Shown: positions 28,457-38,023, counted from the first letter of the stretch. The stretch: DNA of 64,000 nt from Patescibacteria group bacterium (GCA_018829965.1 JAHJTG010000005.1:49558-113557), one strand, 5' to 3'. Translations and numbers: made by a program. Notes: a model not told the origin generated them from the letters alone.

Positions 28457-31400
28457 TTAAATGAATTGCCCCGGTGTTATTTTATATTCCTTCCTCTCTT
28501 TATACTCCTGCTTTTTCCCTTTATGCCATTGTTGTATGGGACGGTAATATCCGACCACCCTAGAATAAACTTCGCAAGGTTGCTTAACCAGACATTTCGG
28601 ACACTCAAAATGTTCTCCATCTAAATATCCGTGAGAGGGACAAATTGAAAAAGTCGGAGTTAAAGTAACATATGGTAAATGAAATTTTTCAAAAACTTTT
28701 TTAATTAATTTTTTTGCCATTTCAGGGTCAGAAATTCTTTCTCCTAAAAATAAGTGCAAAACCGTTCCGCCTGTATATTTAGTCTGTAAATCATCTTGAA
28801 GCTTTAATGCTTCAAAAATGTCATCGGTATAATTAACGGGAAGATGAGTTGAATTAGTATAATAAGGAAGTTCTTTTGTACCAGCAGTGACAATGTCTGG
28901 ATATTTTTCTTTGTCAGTTTTTGCTTGCCTATAAGATGTTCCTTCGCCGGGAGTAGCCTCCAGATTATACATATTTCCAGTTTCTTCCTGAATTTGTACT
29001 AATTTATCTCGCATAAAATCTAAAACTTCTAAAGCAAACTTCTTACCGCGCTTTGACCCGATATCTTCTCCGAGAAAGTTTAACAAAGCCTCATTCATTC
29101 CAATCAAACCAATTGTAGAAAAATGGTTTCCGAAATATGAATCCCTCATCTTCTTAACCGAGGATAAATAATGTTTAGAATAGGGATAAAGTCCTTTTTC
29201 TATAAAGTTTTCTAAAGCTTTTCTTTTTATTTCTAAACTTTCTTTGGCTAGCTCCATAAGACGATCCAATCTGCTAAAAAAATCTTTTTTAGTTTTTGAC
29301 AAATATCCGATGCGAGGTAAATTTATTGTCACCACACCAACAGATCCGGTTAAAGGGTTAGCTCCAAAAAGCCCGCCTCCTCTCTTGTAAAGCTCCCTGT
29401 TGTCCAATCTTAATCGGCAACAATTATGCGTAATAATTCCATTTGCTAATTGAAAAATATGGCCTTTACTGCCTAACTCAAAATCATAAACATAGCCCGT
29501 ATATTTTTGTCTTTCAATTTTAACGATTTTAATACCATAAAAATCTTTATATAATTTGTATTTTAAACTTTTGCCTCTTTTAAGTTTAAAATAAGACATA
29601 AGCCAATCGGGATAATCATTCGTTAATCTTAAAGAATAGCCAATTTTTTCTATATCTCCAGTTTTATTTTTAGATTCAAAATAAGTTGCATTAACCCCTA
29701 AACTTCTCGCTAATGTCATTGTGTCTATAACAAGATTTTTATTGCCTATATGTAAAACAACTACATTTTTAACAAAACCGTCGCTTTCAATTATCCCAAC
29801 AAAAACTCCTCTTCTAAACTCAATAGAACGAGCAAATATTTTAGAATTTAACCTTTTAACTAATGAGCCGTCTCCACGTACATATTCTTTTGTTAGTTCA
29901 ACTACTGATTTGCTCGCAACCGATACTTTCACATAAGAATGATCGTCGTTCAAAAAAATTGTAGCTTTTACACCGAATCTTTTCTCAACGATAGATTTAA
30001 TAAATTTTGCAAAATGAACCTCATTTTTGTTAAAAACAAAATTTGCAGTTGCGCCATTATGAGATACCCAACCATCTCCAATATAAAGACCAATTAATCT
30101 CCCTAAATCAAAATCTCCAAGTTCTCCATTATAAGGATATTTAGCAATAGGAAATTCGTCACCAATTTTTATATCCCTACTTTCTTTAATAACAATTTTG
30201 CCACCTTTAATAACAGCTGAAGGGTGATCTAAAGTCATTTTATCAATTAATCCATTATCTAATGTTAATTTCAAAATTTCTTCATTTTCCAATTTTATCT
30301 TTATAACATCCTTTACTGGTTCAAATTTCCCATTTATAAGCACATCAATTGGGTTATCTCTTTTTATAAAATCATCTACTATCCTTCTAATTTCTGTCTT
30401 AGCAATTATACCATTTGCATTTCTATAAATAATTTGCGTAGATGGTAATTTGCACATCGAACGCGCGTCTTCCGGGTTCATATCTGATTGAATAAAATTG
30501 GAGAAGTAATTTACTCCATATTTTGCAGTTGCCTCCCACAATGGTTTTAAAACAGGGTTGTCCCAATCAAAATCTTTTGTTATAGAAACTGTTGGAATTG
30601 GGAACGTAAAAGGCTTGCCAGTAGCATCCCCTTCCATTAAGCCTTCGTAGAAAGCCCTTATAAGCATATTCATTTCTTCTTGAAATTCTCCGTATATTTC
30701 TTTTTGGGGCTTCCCGCCTACAATTACGGGCTGTTTGGCTAAAAATGACGGCGCTTTAATGTCTAAAGTTACGTTTAAAAATGGCGTTTGAAATCCAACT
30801 CGGGTCGGCACCATGCAACTGTACAAAAACTCTTGCATTGCCTGTTTTACTTGAGGATATGTTAAGCCATCATAACGAATAAAAGGAGCCAGGAGCGTAT
30901 CAAAATTAGAAACAGCGTTAGCACCTGCAGTTTCACCCTGTACGGTATAAAGGAAGTTAACTAATTGACCTAAAGCAGTTCTTAAATGTTTTGCTGGTCT
31001 ACACTCTATCTTTCCTACCACGCCTCCAAAACCTCTCATCAGTAAGTCATAAAGATCCCATCCCATACAATACGGCGCTAAAATCTCTAAATTATGAATA
31101 TGGAAATCTTCTTCAGCCGCCGCCTCTCTTATTTCCTTTGGATAGATTTTATTAAGCCAATACTTTTTTGAAATATAAGAACCGACATATTGGTTCAATC
31201 CTTGTAAAGAAAAGGTCATATTGGCATTCTCATTGACTTGCCAATCAACTTCTTGTAAGTAACTATCTATCTTTTCGCTTGATTCATCAACAGCTTTTGT
31301 CGCTTCTCTTATTTTTCTTCTTTGTTCCCTGTAAAGAATGTAAGCTTTTGCGGTTTCTACATATCCTTCCAAAATCAAAACCTCTTCAACCACATCTTGA

Positions 31401-31612
31401 ATTTGTTCTACTTGAGGAATTTCGTCTTTTTTAAAACGGCGGTTTAAAATTTGGAGAACCCTATTAGAAATCCGCCGAGATTTCGGGCCGTTACCCTCTC
31501 CGGTGGCGGTTAAAGCTTTATGGATAGCATCAGTAATCTTTATTTGGTCAAAATCCATAATCATTCCGTCCCTTTTTCTAATTTTTATAATTCGGTTTTT
31601 TATTTTCGGCAT
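28457..31612 (-). CDS. nrdD: anaerobic ribonucleoside-triphosphate reductase (class III) interrupted by an intein
   Basis: 1051 aa with an N-terminal ATP-cone, a C-terminal glycyl-radical region (RVVGYY) and a Zn ribbon (CPKCLVKQPC). A 344-aa insertion is bounded by Cys387 and …THN730/Cys731. Confidence 0.9.
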   Translation of the reverse strand: MPKIKNRIIKIRKRDGMIMDFDQIKITDAIHKALTATGEGNGPKSRRISNRVLQILNRRFKKDEIPQVEQIQDVVEEVLILEGYVETAKAYILYREQRRKIREATKAVDESSEKIDSYLQEVDWQVNENANMTFSLQGLNQYVGSYISKKYWLNKIYPKEIREAAAEEDFHIHNLEILAPYCMGWDLYDLLMRGFGGVVGKIECRPAKHLRTALGQLVNFLYTVQGETAGANAVSNFDTLLAPFIRYDGLTYPQVKQAMQEFLYSCMVPTRVGFQTPFLNVTLDIKAPSFLAKQPVIVGGKPQKEIYGEFQEEMNMLIRAFYEGLMEGDATGKPFTFPIPTVSITKDFDWDNPVLKPLWEATAKYGVNYFSNFIQSDMNPEDARSMCKLPSTQIIYRNANGIIAKTEIRRIVDDFIKRDNPIDVLINGKFEPVKDVIKIKLENEEILKLTLDNGLIDKMTLDHPSAVIKGGKIVIKESRDIKIGDEFPIAKYPYNGELGDFDLGRLIGLYIGDGWVSHNGATANFVFNKNEVHFAKFIKSIVEKRFGVKATIFLNDDHSYVKVSVASKSVVELTKEYVRGDGSLVKRLNSKIFARSIEFRRGVFVGIIESDGFVKNVVVLHIGNKNLVIDTMTLARSLGVNATYFESKNKTGDIEKIGYSLRLTNDYPDWLMSYFKLKRGKSLKYKLYKDFYGIKIVKIERQKYTGYVYDFELGSKGHIFQLANGIITHNCCRLRLDNRELYKRGGGLFGANPLTGSVGVVTINLPRIGYLSKTKKDFFSRLDRLMELAKESLEIKRKALENFIEKGLYPYSKHYLSSVKKMRDSYFGNHFSTIGLIGMNEALLNFLGEDIGSKRGKKFALEVLDFMRDKLVQIQEETGNMYNLEATPGEGTSYRQAKTDKEKYPDIVTAGTKELPYYTNSTHLPVNYTDDIFEALKLQDDLQTKYTGGTVLHLFLGERISDPEMAKKLIKKVFEKFHLPYVTLTPTFSICPSHGYLDGEHFECPKCLVKQPCEVYSRVVGYYRPIQQWHKGKKQEYKERKEYKITPGQFI
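29423..30454 (-). mobile_element. intein with a LAGLIDADG homing-endonuclease domain inside nrdD
   Basis: Starts at Cys387 (checked: codon TGC, preceded by an ATG Met) and ends with His-Asn followed by Cys (CAT-AAT-TGT). Two LAGLIDADG-like motifs: LIGLYIGDGWVS and FVGIIESDGFV. Confidence 0.8.
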
Positions 31613-31692
31613 ATTTTTTAAAAATTTTTATAAAATTTTGACAAAAAAATAACTGATTTAGAAATTACTCCATTTTAACTTATAACGACGGC

Positions 31693-31813
31693 GGGTCAAG
31701 TTTTCACCAATTTTTACAACAGAAATTGAATACTAATAATGACAATCGCAGGCGCTTCGCATATTATACAAACTATTATGTCTATTCTCTGCTGAAATTG
31801 GTGAAGGGTCAAG
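31693..31813. repeat. MITE-like ~121-bp element, copy 1 (terminal inverted repeats TCACCAATTT…AAATTGGTGA, flanked by GGGTCAAG)
   Basis: About 85% identical over ~120 bp to 40836-40956. Lies between the nrdD start and the ftsZ stop. Confidence 0.5.
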
Positions 31814-31828
31814 CCACACACTATTTTT

Positions 31829-32755
31829 TTAAAATCCAGTGGCAATAACCGTTATTTTTATTTCTCCTTTTTTTAATTTTGCGTCTTCAATTGCTCCAAA
31901 AATTATCTGAGCTTTTTTGTCGGCGCTTTTTGTAATAATTTTTGCAATTTCAGAAACTTCAGTAAGCGCTAAATCCCGACCGGAGACATTAAACAAAACT
32001 TTTTTAGCTCCTGAAATTGAGGAATCAAGCAATGGCGAATTAATAGCCATATTTGCGGCTTCAATGGCTCTGTTTTCTCCTTTTGCTTTTCCTACTCCAA
32101 ATAAAGCATGACCTGCATTTTTCATAATCGCTAAAACCGAAGCCATATCTACGCTAACTATTCCCGGCAATAAAATTAAATCAGTAATTCCCTGCACCGC
32201 TTCTTTTAAAATTTCGTCGCAAATCCAAAAAGCATCAAAAACTGTGGTTTTTTGGTCAGAAATTTGAAGAAGTTTATCGTTTGAAATTACTAAAAGCGCA
32301 TCCACATTATCTTTCAGTTGTTCTAAAGCCGAATTAGCAATCCTACTCCTTTGCGCTCCTTCAAAAGAAAATGGTTTTGTAACCACGGCTATAGTTAGAA
32401 TACCTAATTTCTTTGAAATATCAGCAATAACAGGACCTGCTCCTGAACCAGTCCCGCCACCACACCCGCAAGTGATAAAAACCATATCTGCCTCCTTTAT
32501 AGCTTCTTTTATTTTTTCCCTGCTTTCCTCTGCCGCTTTCTTCCCCAAGACAATATCCATCCCAGCGCCTAAACCTCGTGTAACATTTTCTCCGATTAAA
32601 ATTTTTCTCTCTGACTTACAAGTATTTAAAGCTTGGGCATCGGTATTCACAGCGATCAAATCAATACCTTGAATTTGGCATTTTACCATTCTAGAAATCG
32701 TGTTGGAACCAGAGCCACCAACCCCGACAACTTTAATTTTTGTGTTTATTTTCAT
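31829..32755 (-). CDS. ftsZ: cell division protein FtsZ (core domain only)
   Basis: 308 aa with the tubulin signature GGGTGSG. Confidence 0.95.
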   Translation of the reverse strand: MKINTKIKVVGVGGSGSNTISRMVKCQIQGIDLIAVNTDAQALNTCKSERKILIGENVTRGLGAGMDIVLGKKAAEESREKIKEAIKEADMVFITCGCGGGTGSGAGPVIADISKKLGILTIAVVTKPFSFEGAQRSRIANSALEQLKDNVDALLVISNDKLLQISDQKTTVFDAFWICDEILKEAVQGITDLILLPGIVSVDMASVLAIMKNAGHALFGVGKAKGENRAIEAANMAINSPLLDSSISGAKKVLFNVSGRDLALTEVSEIAKIITKSADKKAQIIFGAIEDAKLKKGEIKITVIATGF

Positions 32756-32875
32756 TAGATATTAGAGCTTTCCCGAGGCAAGGCCTCGGGAAAGCTCGTA
32801 TTCATTGGTATGCCATTCACCCGCCTACCTTGCTATGTAATGCATTGAGGGCAGGTAGATTAGTATCGCATTTAT

Positions 32876-34075
32876 TTAGGGAATAAAAACTCTAAAAACT
32901 TTTTTTAACCATAATTTGGTTTTTTTAAAAATACTAGGACTCCTATCATATTCAGTAGTATCAGACCCATCTATGACAAGACCGCAAACAGTGGCCAATG
33001 AAGGATCTTCCTCTATCCCAATAATCCCGATAGGAGTTCCTATGTCGCAGGGCAGTTTTAATTCTTGCTTAGCAATCTCTTTTATTTTTTGAAGTTTAGC
33101 TCCACCTCCTGTTAAAACAACACCACCAGGCAATAATTGTTGCCGGCCAATTTTTTTGAGTTCTTTATTAATTAAATCGAAAATCTCAGAAACCCTTGGA
33201 TTGATAATGTCTACTAAAAGCTTTTTAGAAAAAGAAAGAGGCGAAGATTTATCTGTAATTTCTATTTTTTTCTTGGACTGGCCCAAAAGACAAGTTCCGT
33301 GTTCTTTCTTTATATTCTCCGCCGTATTTATTTCTATCTTCAAACCAATAGCAATATCATTGGTGATGTTTGCCGAGCCAATTGGAAAAATTACAAAATG
33401 GATTAAATCTCCTTCTTCAAACACTGCCAAGCTTGTGGTAGCAGAACCGATATCTATTAAAGCCACTCCCAGTTCTTTTTGTTGTGGAGTTAAAACCGCA
33501 GAAGCCGCAGCTAATGGAGAAGGAACAATATCATCAATCTGAAGCTTTGAGTTTAGAACCGCTTGAGTGAGTTTTATAAAATAAGGGGAGAAGACGCAGA
33601 GTAAGATAACCTTTGCTTCCAATCTTATGCCGGTTAGACCCAAAGGTTCTTTTATTCCTCGCTGATCGTCAACAATAAATTCTTTCGGGAAAACATCTAA
33701 TATCTCTTCGTTTGAAGGAATATTAATCGCTCGAGCTGCCTGTAAAACTCTTTCAATATCTTCTTGAGAAATCTTTTGATCTGCTCTTGAAACAGAAATT
33801 ATGCTGTCGGAAGGAGTGATATATAGATGACTGCCTCCGATATTTACGAAAACTGACTTAATCCTTTTGCTAGAAAGCTTTTCGGCTTCTGATATTAATG
33901 ATTCAATATTCTTTGCCACTTCATCAACATTAACCACTGCCCCTTTTCTCATTCCAAAAGAAGGAATTTGAGTTTGAGCTAATACCTCTAACTCTTTTCC
34001 CTTTTTTTGAGCAACTAAAACTTTTATAGTATTTGTCCCGATATCCAATCCTGTAATAATTTGGCTCTTTGACAT
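32876..34075 (-). CDS. ftsA: cell division protein FtsA
   Basis: 399 aa with actin/Hsp70-fold N-terminus GLDIGTNTIKVLV, directly upstream of ftsZ. Confidence 0.85.
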   Translation of the reverse strand: MSKSQIITGLDIGTNTIKVLVAQKKGKELEVLAQTQIPSFGMRKGAVVNVDEVAKNIESLISEAEKLSSKRIKSVFVNIGGSHLYITPSDSIISVSRADQKISQEDIERVLQAARAINIPSNEEILDVFPKEFIVDDQRGIKEPLGLTGIRLEAKVILLCVFSPYFIKLTQAVLNSKLQIDDIVPSPLAAASAVLTPQQKELGVALIDIGSATTSLAVFEEGDLIHFVIFPIGSANITNDIAIGLKIEINTAENIKKEHGTCLLGQSKKKIEITDKSSPLSFSKKLLVDIINPRVSEIFDLINKELKKIGRQQLLPGGVVLTGGGAKLQKIKEIAKQELKLPCDIGTPIGIIGIEEDPSLATVCGLVIDGSDTTEYDRSPSIFKKTKLWLKKVFRVFIP

Positions 34076-34249
34076 ACCCAGTATATCAACTTCCAGATAG
34101 CCAAACGCAATTGTTCTTGGAATGGCTAAAACGGAATTGTTTAATAATTATTTACCCAGTACTTATTCCATGTTCTATCATTTGGCATATTTGTTCTAAG
34201 AACACTGGAAGTTGTATTACTGGGCATAAATATATAAATTCTAAATATT

Positions 34250-34642
34250 TTAGATTTTAGAAAGATAATAATCCTGCCTCTTTTCCATCTTTCTTGCTTC
34301 TACTTCTTTGTCTTCGTGCTCATAACCCAACAAATGCAGAATGCCGTGGATTAAAATCAACGATAACTCTTTTTTAAAACTTAATCCAAACCTTTTTGCA
34401 TTCTTCTTCACCTCCGCAGGACAGATTATTATTTCATTCAATTCTCCAAAAGACAGAACATCAGTCGCTTTATTTTTCCCCCTATACTTTCTGTTTATCT
34501 CTTTAATCTTACTGCTATCAACAAAAACAATAGAAAAATCCTTTCCTTTACTTATATTCTCGCCTTTTAAAACAATTTTTGCAACTCTCTCTAAAAACTT
34601 TTTATCAACAATATTTTTTGTTAGATTTTTTATAGTAATCAT
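34250..34642 (-). CDS. ybeY: rRNA maturation endoribonuclease YbeY
   Basis: 130 aa with the HGILHLLGYEHED zinc-binding motif (HxxxHxxGxxH). Confidence 0.85.
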   Translation of the reverse strand: MITIKNLTKNIVDKKFLERVAKIVLKGENISKGKDFSIVFVDSSKIKEINRKYRGKNKATDVLSFGELNEIIICPAEVKKNAKRFGLSFKKELSLILIHGILHLLGYEHEDKEVEARKMEKRQDYYLSKI

Positions 34643-34716
34643 TGGTTGATTTTATCATAAATATTGTTTTCCCGCCAAAAAATCACTTCATAATTAAAGC
34701 TTTTTATTTTAATTTC

Positions 34717-35719
34717 TTATTTACTGTCTTTAATATATAATTTTAAAATCTTATTTTTAATTTTATAAGTATTGCCGTGTTTTATTAGTCCTAAATAAGA
34801 AGCGAGGGTTTTAATGTTTAAATCTTTATTTATATTTTTAAATATTCTTCTCTTTGTAGCCGTACGAAGCACCCGATGGTCTGGAAAATTGATCCATCCC
34901 AAAAAATCAACTCCCGAAAATAAAATTTTAATGAATATTTTATCGGAATGCATAATAAGTTTTAATCTGTTTTTTAAAAAATTGTTAATTATTTCAATTA
35001 AACTTTCTATATGTTTTTTGTCTTTTGATAAAATAATAAAGTCGTCAGCATATCTAATATAGTGTTTCTCTTTTAATTTATGTTTTGCAAAATTATCAAA
35101 TTCATTCATATAAACATTAGCGAAAAGCTGCGAAGTTAAGTTTCCAAGAGGCAAACCAGTCCCTATTTTTCCTGAATTAAAACTGAATATTATCTCCTTT
35201 AAAACATTTATAACATTTTCATCTGATATGTATTTTTGTAAAATCTCCAACAATATTTGCTGATTAATACTTGCAAAAAAACTTTTTAATATCGCATTTT
35301 AAAACCCAGCAGGTTTTTGTGTTATTTTTTGAAACAATGTAGGCAAACTCTCTGAACCTATTTATTGCCCTATGCGTTCCTTTATTGTCTCTACAAGAAA
35401 AAGAATCTGGAATAAATGTCCCATTAAAAAATGGGCGCAATATGCGATATACGGCACGGTGTAAAAGACGGTCGCGGACGCTGGCTTTGTGGATTGTTCT
35501 TGTTTTTGGGTCGCTTATTTTGAAACATTGGTAGTTGCCGTGTTCGTATATATGATTTTTTAAATCATGGTGCAATGATAAAATATTATCCATTAAATAA
35601 AATGAAAACATTAGAACATCTTTTCTGTTCCTCTTTCCCCTAACAAAGGCTCTCCATGCATTTAATAAATTATCAACACTAATTATATCTTCAAATTTAT
35701 GTCTCAATTTAATCCTCAT
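34717..35719 (-). pseudogene. DGR-type reverse transcriptase (DGR-1) split by a +1 frameshift in a T7 homopolymer
   Basis: Two ORFs (35264-35719, 151 aa; 34717-35253, 178 aa) together align along the full length of the intact RT at 53541-54533. The break is at …CDIKKFF where this copy has AAAAAGTTTTTTT (7 T) and the intact copy has 6 T. Deleting one T restores FFASI…. Carries the IGNLTSQ and YIRYADDF motifs. Confidence 0.75.
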
Positions 35720-36085
35720 AATAATTTTTTAAACCTCGCCAACAACCAATTTAGTTTGAGTATAATTCAAAAATTAACTAATACCTATAAAGTATGGTAT
35801 GAATATTTACCTGACTTTCCTAAAGATTCAAAATATACCCTTGGCGCTAAGGTTGATTCTTTATTTTTAGAAGTAATTGAAGAAATAATAAAAGCGAGCA
35901 GTTCAGACAAGACAGAGAAACTAATTTTTCTTAAAACCGGTTCTGCTAAGTTAGATTTACTTAAATTTTTTTTGCAAATTGTTTGGGAGATAAAATCTTT
36001 AGATAATAAAAAATATATAAACCTTTCTGAAAAACTGAACGAAATTGGGAAAATGCTGGGGGGATGGCTTAAGTCGTTAAAATAA
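35699..36085 (+). CDS. avd: Avd-like four-helix-bundle accessory protein of DGR-1
   Basis: 128 aa with LPDFPKDSKYTLGAKVDSLFLEVIEEIIKA, matching the FPK-E-Y-L…NI-EG pattern of the four-helix-bundle family to which DGR Avd belongs. Nearly identical over the C-terminal 100 aa to the ORF at 54513-54896. Encoded divergently, with its 5' end overlapping the RT start. Confidence 0.55.
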   Translation: MSQFNPHNNFLNLANNQFSLSIIQKLTNTYKVWYEYLPDFPKDSKYTLGAKVDSLFLEVIEEIIKASSSDKTEKLIFLKTGSAKLDLLKFFLQIVWEIKSLDNKKYINLSEKLNEIGKMLGGWLKSLK

Positions 36086-36119
36086 AAACCACCCAAAGGG
36101 GTGGAAAAAACAAAGAGAT

Positions 36120-36256
36120 TTGCGGGGGAGGACGAAGACGAAATGATTGTTGCTATTCCAAACGTTGTCAGAATTGTCATAGTAGCTGTTGAGCCACAGA
36201 CTATTGTCATTATGCTCCACATTGAACAGCTTGAGATCGCCATCCGAGTCAGTAAT
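36120..36256 (-). repeat. DGR-1 template repeat (TR1), 137 bp
   Basis: Aligns without gaps to VR1 (36636-36772) with 10 mismatches, 9 of them at TR adenines in the minus-strand coding sense. The 3' end in coding sense is GC-rich and identical (…CGTCTTCGTCCTCCCCCGCAA). Confidence 0.8.
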
Positions 36257-36631
36257 ATATAAAGCGTCATCTATGCCACTGCCCATTGAATGCTCTCCGG
36301 GCTGAATCTTATTCGGTATCTTAATATACCTTAACACCTTATACCAAGTATCTTCATTTTTTAAAAATCAGAGATGACTCTTTTGAAAGGCGTACCCGTC
36401 AAAATTCTGCATACATCTGAAATATAGAATTCGGCCACCTGAAGCCGTAACCGCAGATTTATTAGCCTACTATCCGATTTCAATTTTAGCATATCGGGAG
36501 AAAAAAAAGAACCCCTCTTTGCATTTTTAAATTGCATGAGGGGTCTTTGTCTTTTGCGTCTCTTGAAGTTTTAAGGAACCAAGCGTTCAAAGAAGAACAA
36601 AGGTTCCAAGCTACCAAGAGTATTTTGAAGA

Positions 36632-37258
36632 TTACTTGCGGGGGAGGACGAAGACGAAAGGATAGTTGCCATTCCAAACGCTGCCAGAATGGGCATAGTA
36701 GCTGTTGAGCCACAGACTATTGTCATTATGGTCCACATGGAACAGCTCGAGATCGCCATCCGAGTCAGTAATTGGCTCCATGGCGATAATAAGTACTTCG
36801 CCTTTGGGCTGGTCTTTGTACTGTAAGCGCAGTTGGGGGCCGACTTCATTCGGGCAGAGTTCTAAACCGAGCTCTTTTGCTCTGGCGTAAATCTTCTCAC
36901 GAGTCTCTCCATTCTTGAAACCGAGATCGGCAACACTGATGTTGACTAAATCCAATTCTGTTTCCTTGACGGTAACCGTGAACTGAGACTTGCCAAGAAT
37001 GTCGTTAGCGTATTTGCCGATTTCCATTCCGTTATCCTTTATGGCTTTACGGAAGTCGTCGGCGGTTGTGATGCCAGTGCCGAGGGTGATGGTTTGGAAA
37101 ATTTTAAAACTTGGCATCGTTTCTGGCGGACATAAGGCATTTTTGAGAACTTTTTGAAGACCCTTAGGATTCTCAATCCAGCTTTGCATCAGATCATCTG
37201 GCATTTCGGGTAAATTTTGTGCTACTACTCCAACAAATTTTGCAGTTTGTTTGTGCAT
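36632..37258 (-). CDS. DGR-1 target (variable) protein with a C-terminal VR
   Basis: 208 aa with SD AAAGGAG 8 nt upstream. C-terminus …DSDGDLELFHVDHNDNSLWLNSYYAHSGSVWNGNYPFVFVLPRK is encoded by VR1; the TR encodes …FNVEHNDNSLWLNSYYDNSDNVWNSNNHFVFVLPRK, Asn-rich as AAY codons. Confidence 0.75.
   Translation of the reverse strand: MHKQTAKFVGVVAQNLPEMPDDLMQSWIENPKGLQKVLKNALCPPETMPSFKIFQTITLGTGITTADDFRKAIKDNGMEIGKYANDILGKSQFTVTVKETELDLVNISVADLGFKNGETREKIYARAKELGLELCPNEVGPQLRLQYKDQPKGEVLIIAMEPITDSDGDLELFHVDHNDNSLWLNSYYAHSGSVWNGNYPFVFVLPRK
36636..36772 (-). repeat. DGR-1 variable repeat (VR1)
   Basis: See TR1. Ends at the stop codon of the target gene. Confidence 0.8.
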
Positions 37259-37512
37259 GGCGTTTTCTCCTTTCTGAGGTTTTCGCCTATTCTATTTATA
37301 CTAGAGGACCACCACAATGATAGTCATAGCCAGAAAACACCGAAAACTTTTATCAGTATCTTTTGGCTATGACTATAAATTGCAAGTAATTTTGAGTGTA
37401 AAAGAGCTTATTCACTATGTTTTAACTATAGCACTACCGAGAACTGTTGTCAAGCCCGAAAACAAAAAAACCGCCCTAGGCTTCCCAAAGACGGTTTCGA
37501 AAACTTATTACT

Positions 37513-38013
37513 CTATTTCTTCTCCAATAACTCTTTTACGATTTTACTTACCAAACTGTTATCTGCTCTACCTTTAATTTTTAAATTTAAATCTTTCATA
37601 ACCCGCCCCATATCTTTTATTTCTTTTGCGCCAATCTTAGCAACCGCTTCTGTAACAATCTTTCTTACTTCATCCTCTGAAATTTGCTTCGGTAAATACT
37701 TTTGTAAAATTTCAATTTCTTTTTTCTCTTTATCTACTAACTCCTGCCTATTGCCTTCTTCATAGGCTGTTACTGAATCTTTTCTTTTTTTAATTTCAGA
37801 AGAGACAACTTCGATTATATCTTCGTCTTGTAACTGAGACTCTCTAATCAAGCCCTCTTCGCTTAAGTCAGGTTTTAATTTAGATATTTTAAATCTTTTT
37901 TCTTTTTCTTTAAAAACAATGGAAGCAGATAACATCCTTAAAGTACTGCAAACCAAATTATTGCCATCTTTCATCGCTTGAGTAATCTCATTTTGAATTT
38001 CTTCTTTTAACAT
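37513..38013 (-). CDS. GatB/YqeY-domain protein
   Basis: 166 aa, YqeY-like, in the usual rpsU-yqeY arrangement. Confidence 0.7.
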   Translation of the reverse strand: MLKEEIQNEITQAMKDGNNLVCSTLRMLSASIVFKEKEKRFKISKLKPDLSEEGLIRESQLQDEDIIEVVSSEIKKRKDSVTAYEEGNRQELVDKEKKEIEILQKYLPKQISEDEVRKIVTEAVAKIGAKEIKDMGRVMKDLNLKIKGRADNSLVSKIVKELLEKK

Positions 38014-38023
38014 TTTGTTAAAA

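Noticed and set aside
35785-36270. 161-aa minus-strand ORF (and its paralog at 54596-54916) overlapping avd
   Set aside because: Serine-rich low-complexity antisense frame of the Lys/Glu-rich avd ORF, with no family signal; the plus-strand ORF matches the four-helix-bundle pattern. The fact that both cassettes keep both frames open is recorded as a finding.
36077-36337. 86-aa ORF on the minus strand resembling the C-terminus of the DGR-1 target
   Set aside because: It is the translation of template repeat TR1, open in the same frame as VR1, not an independent gene.
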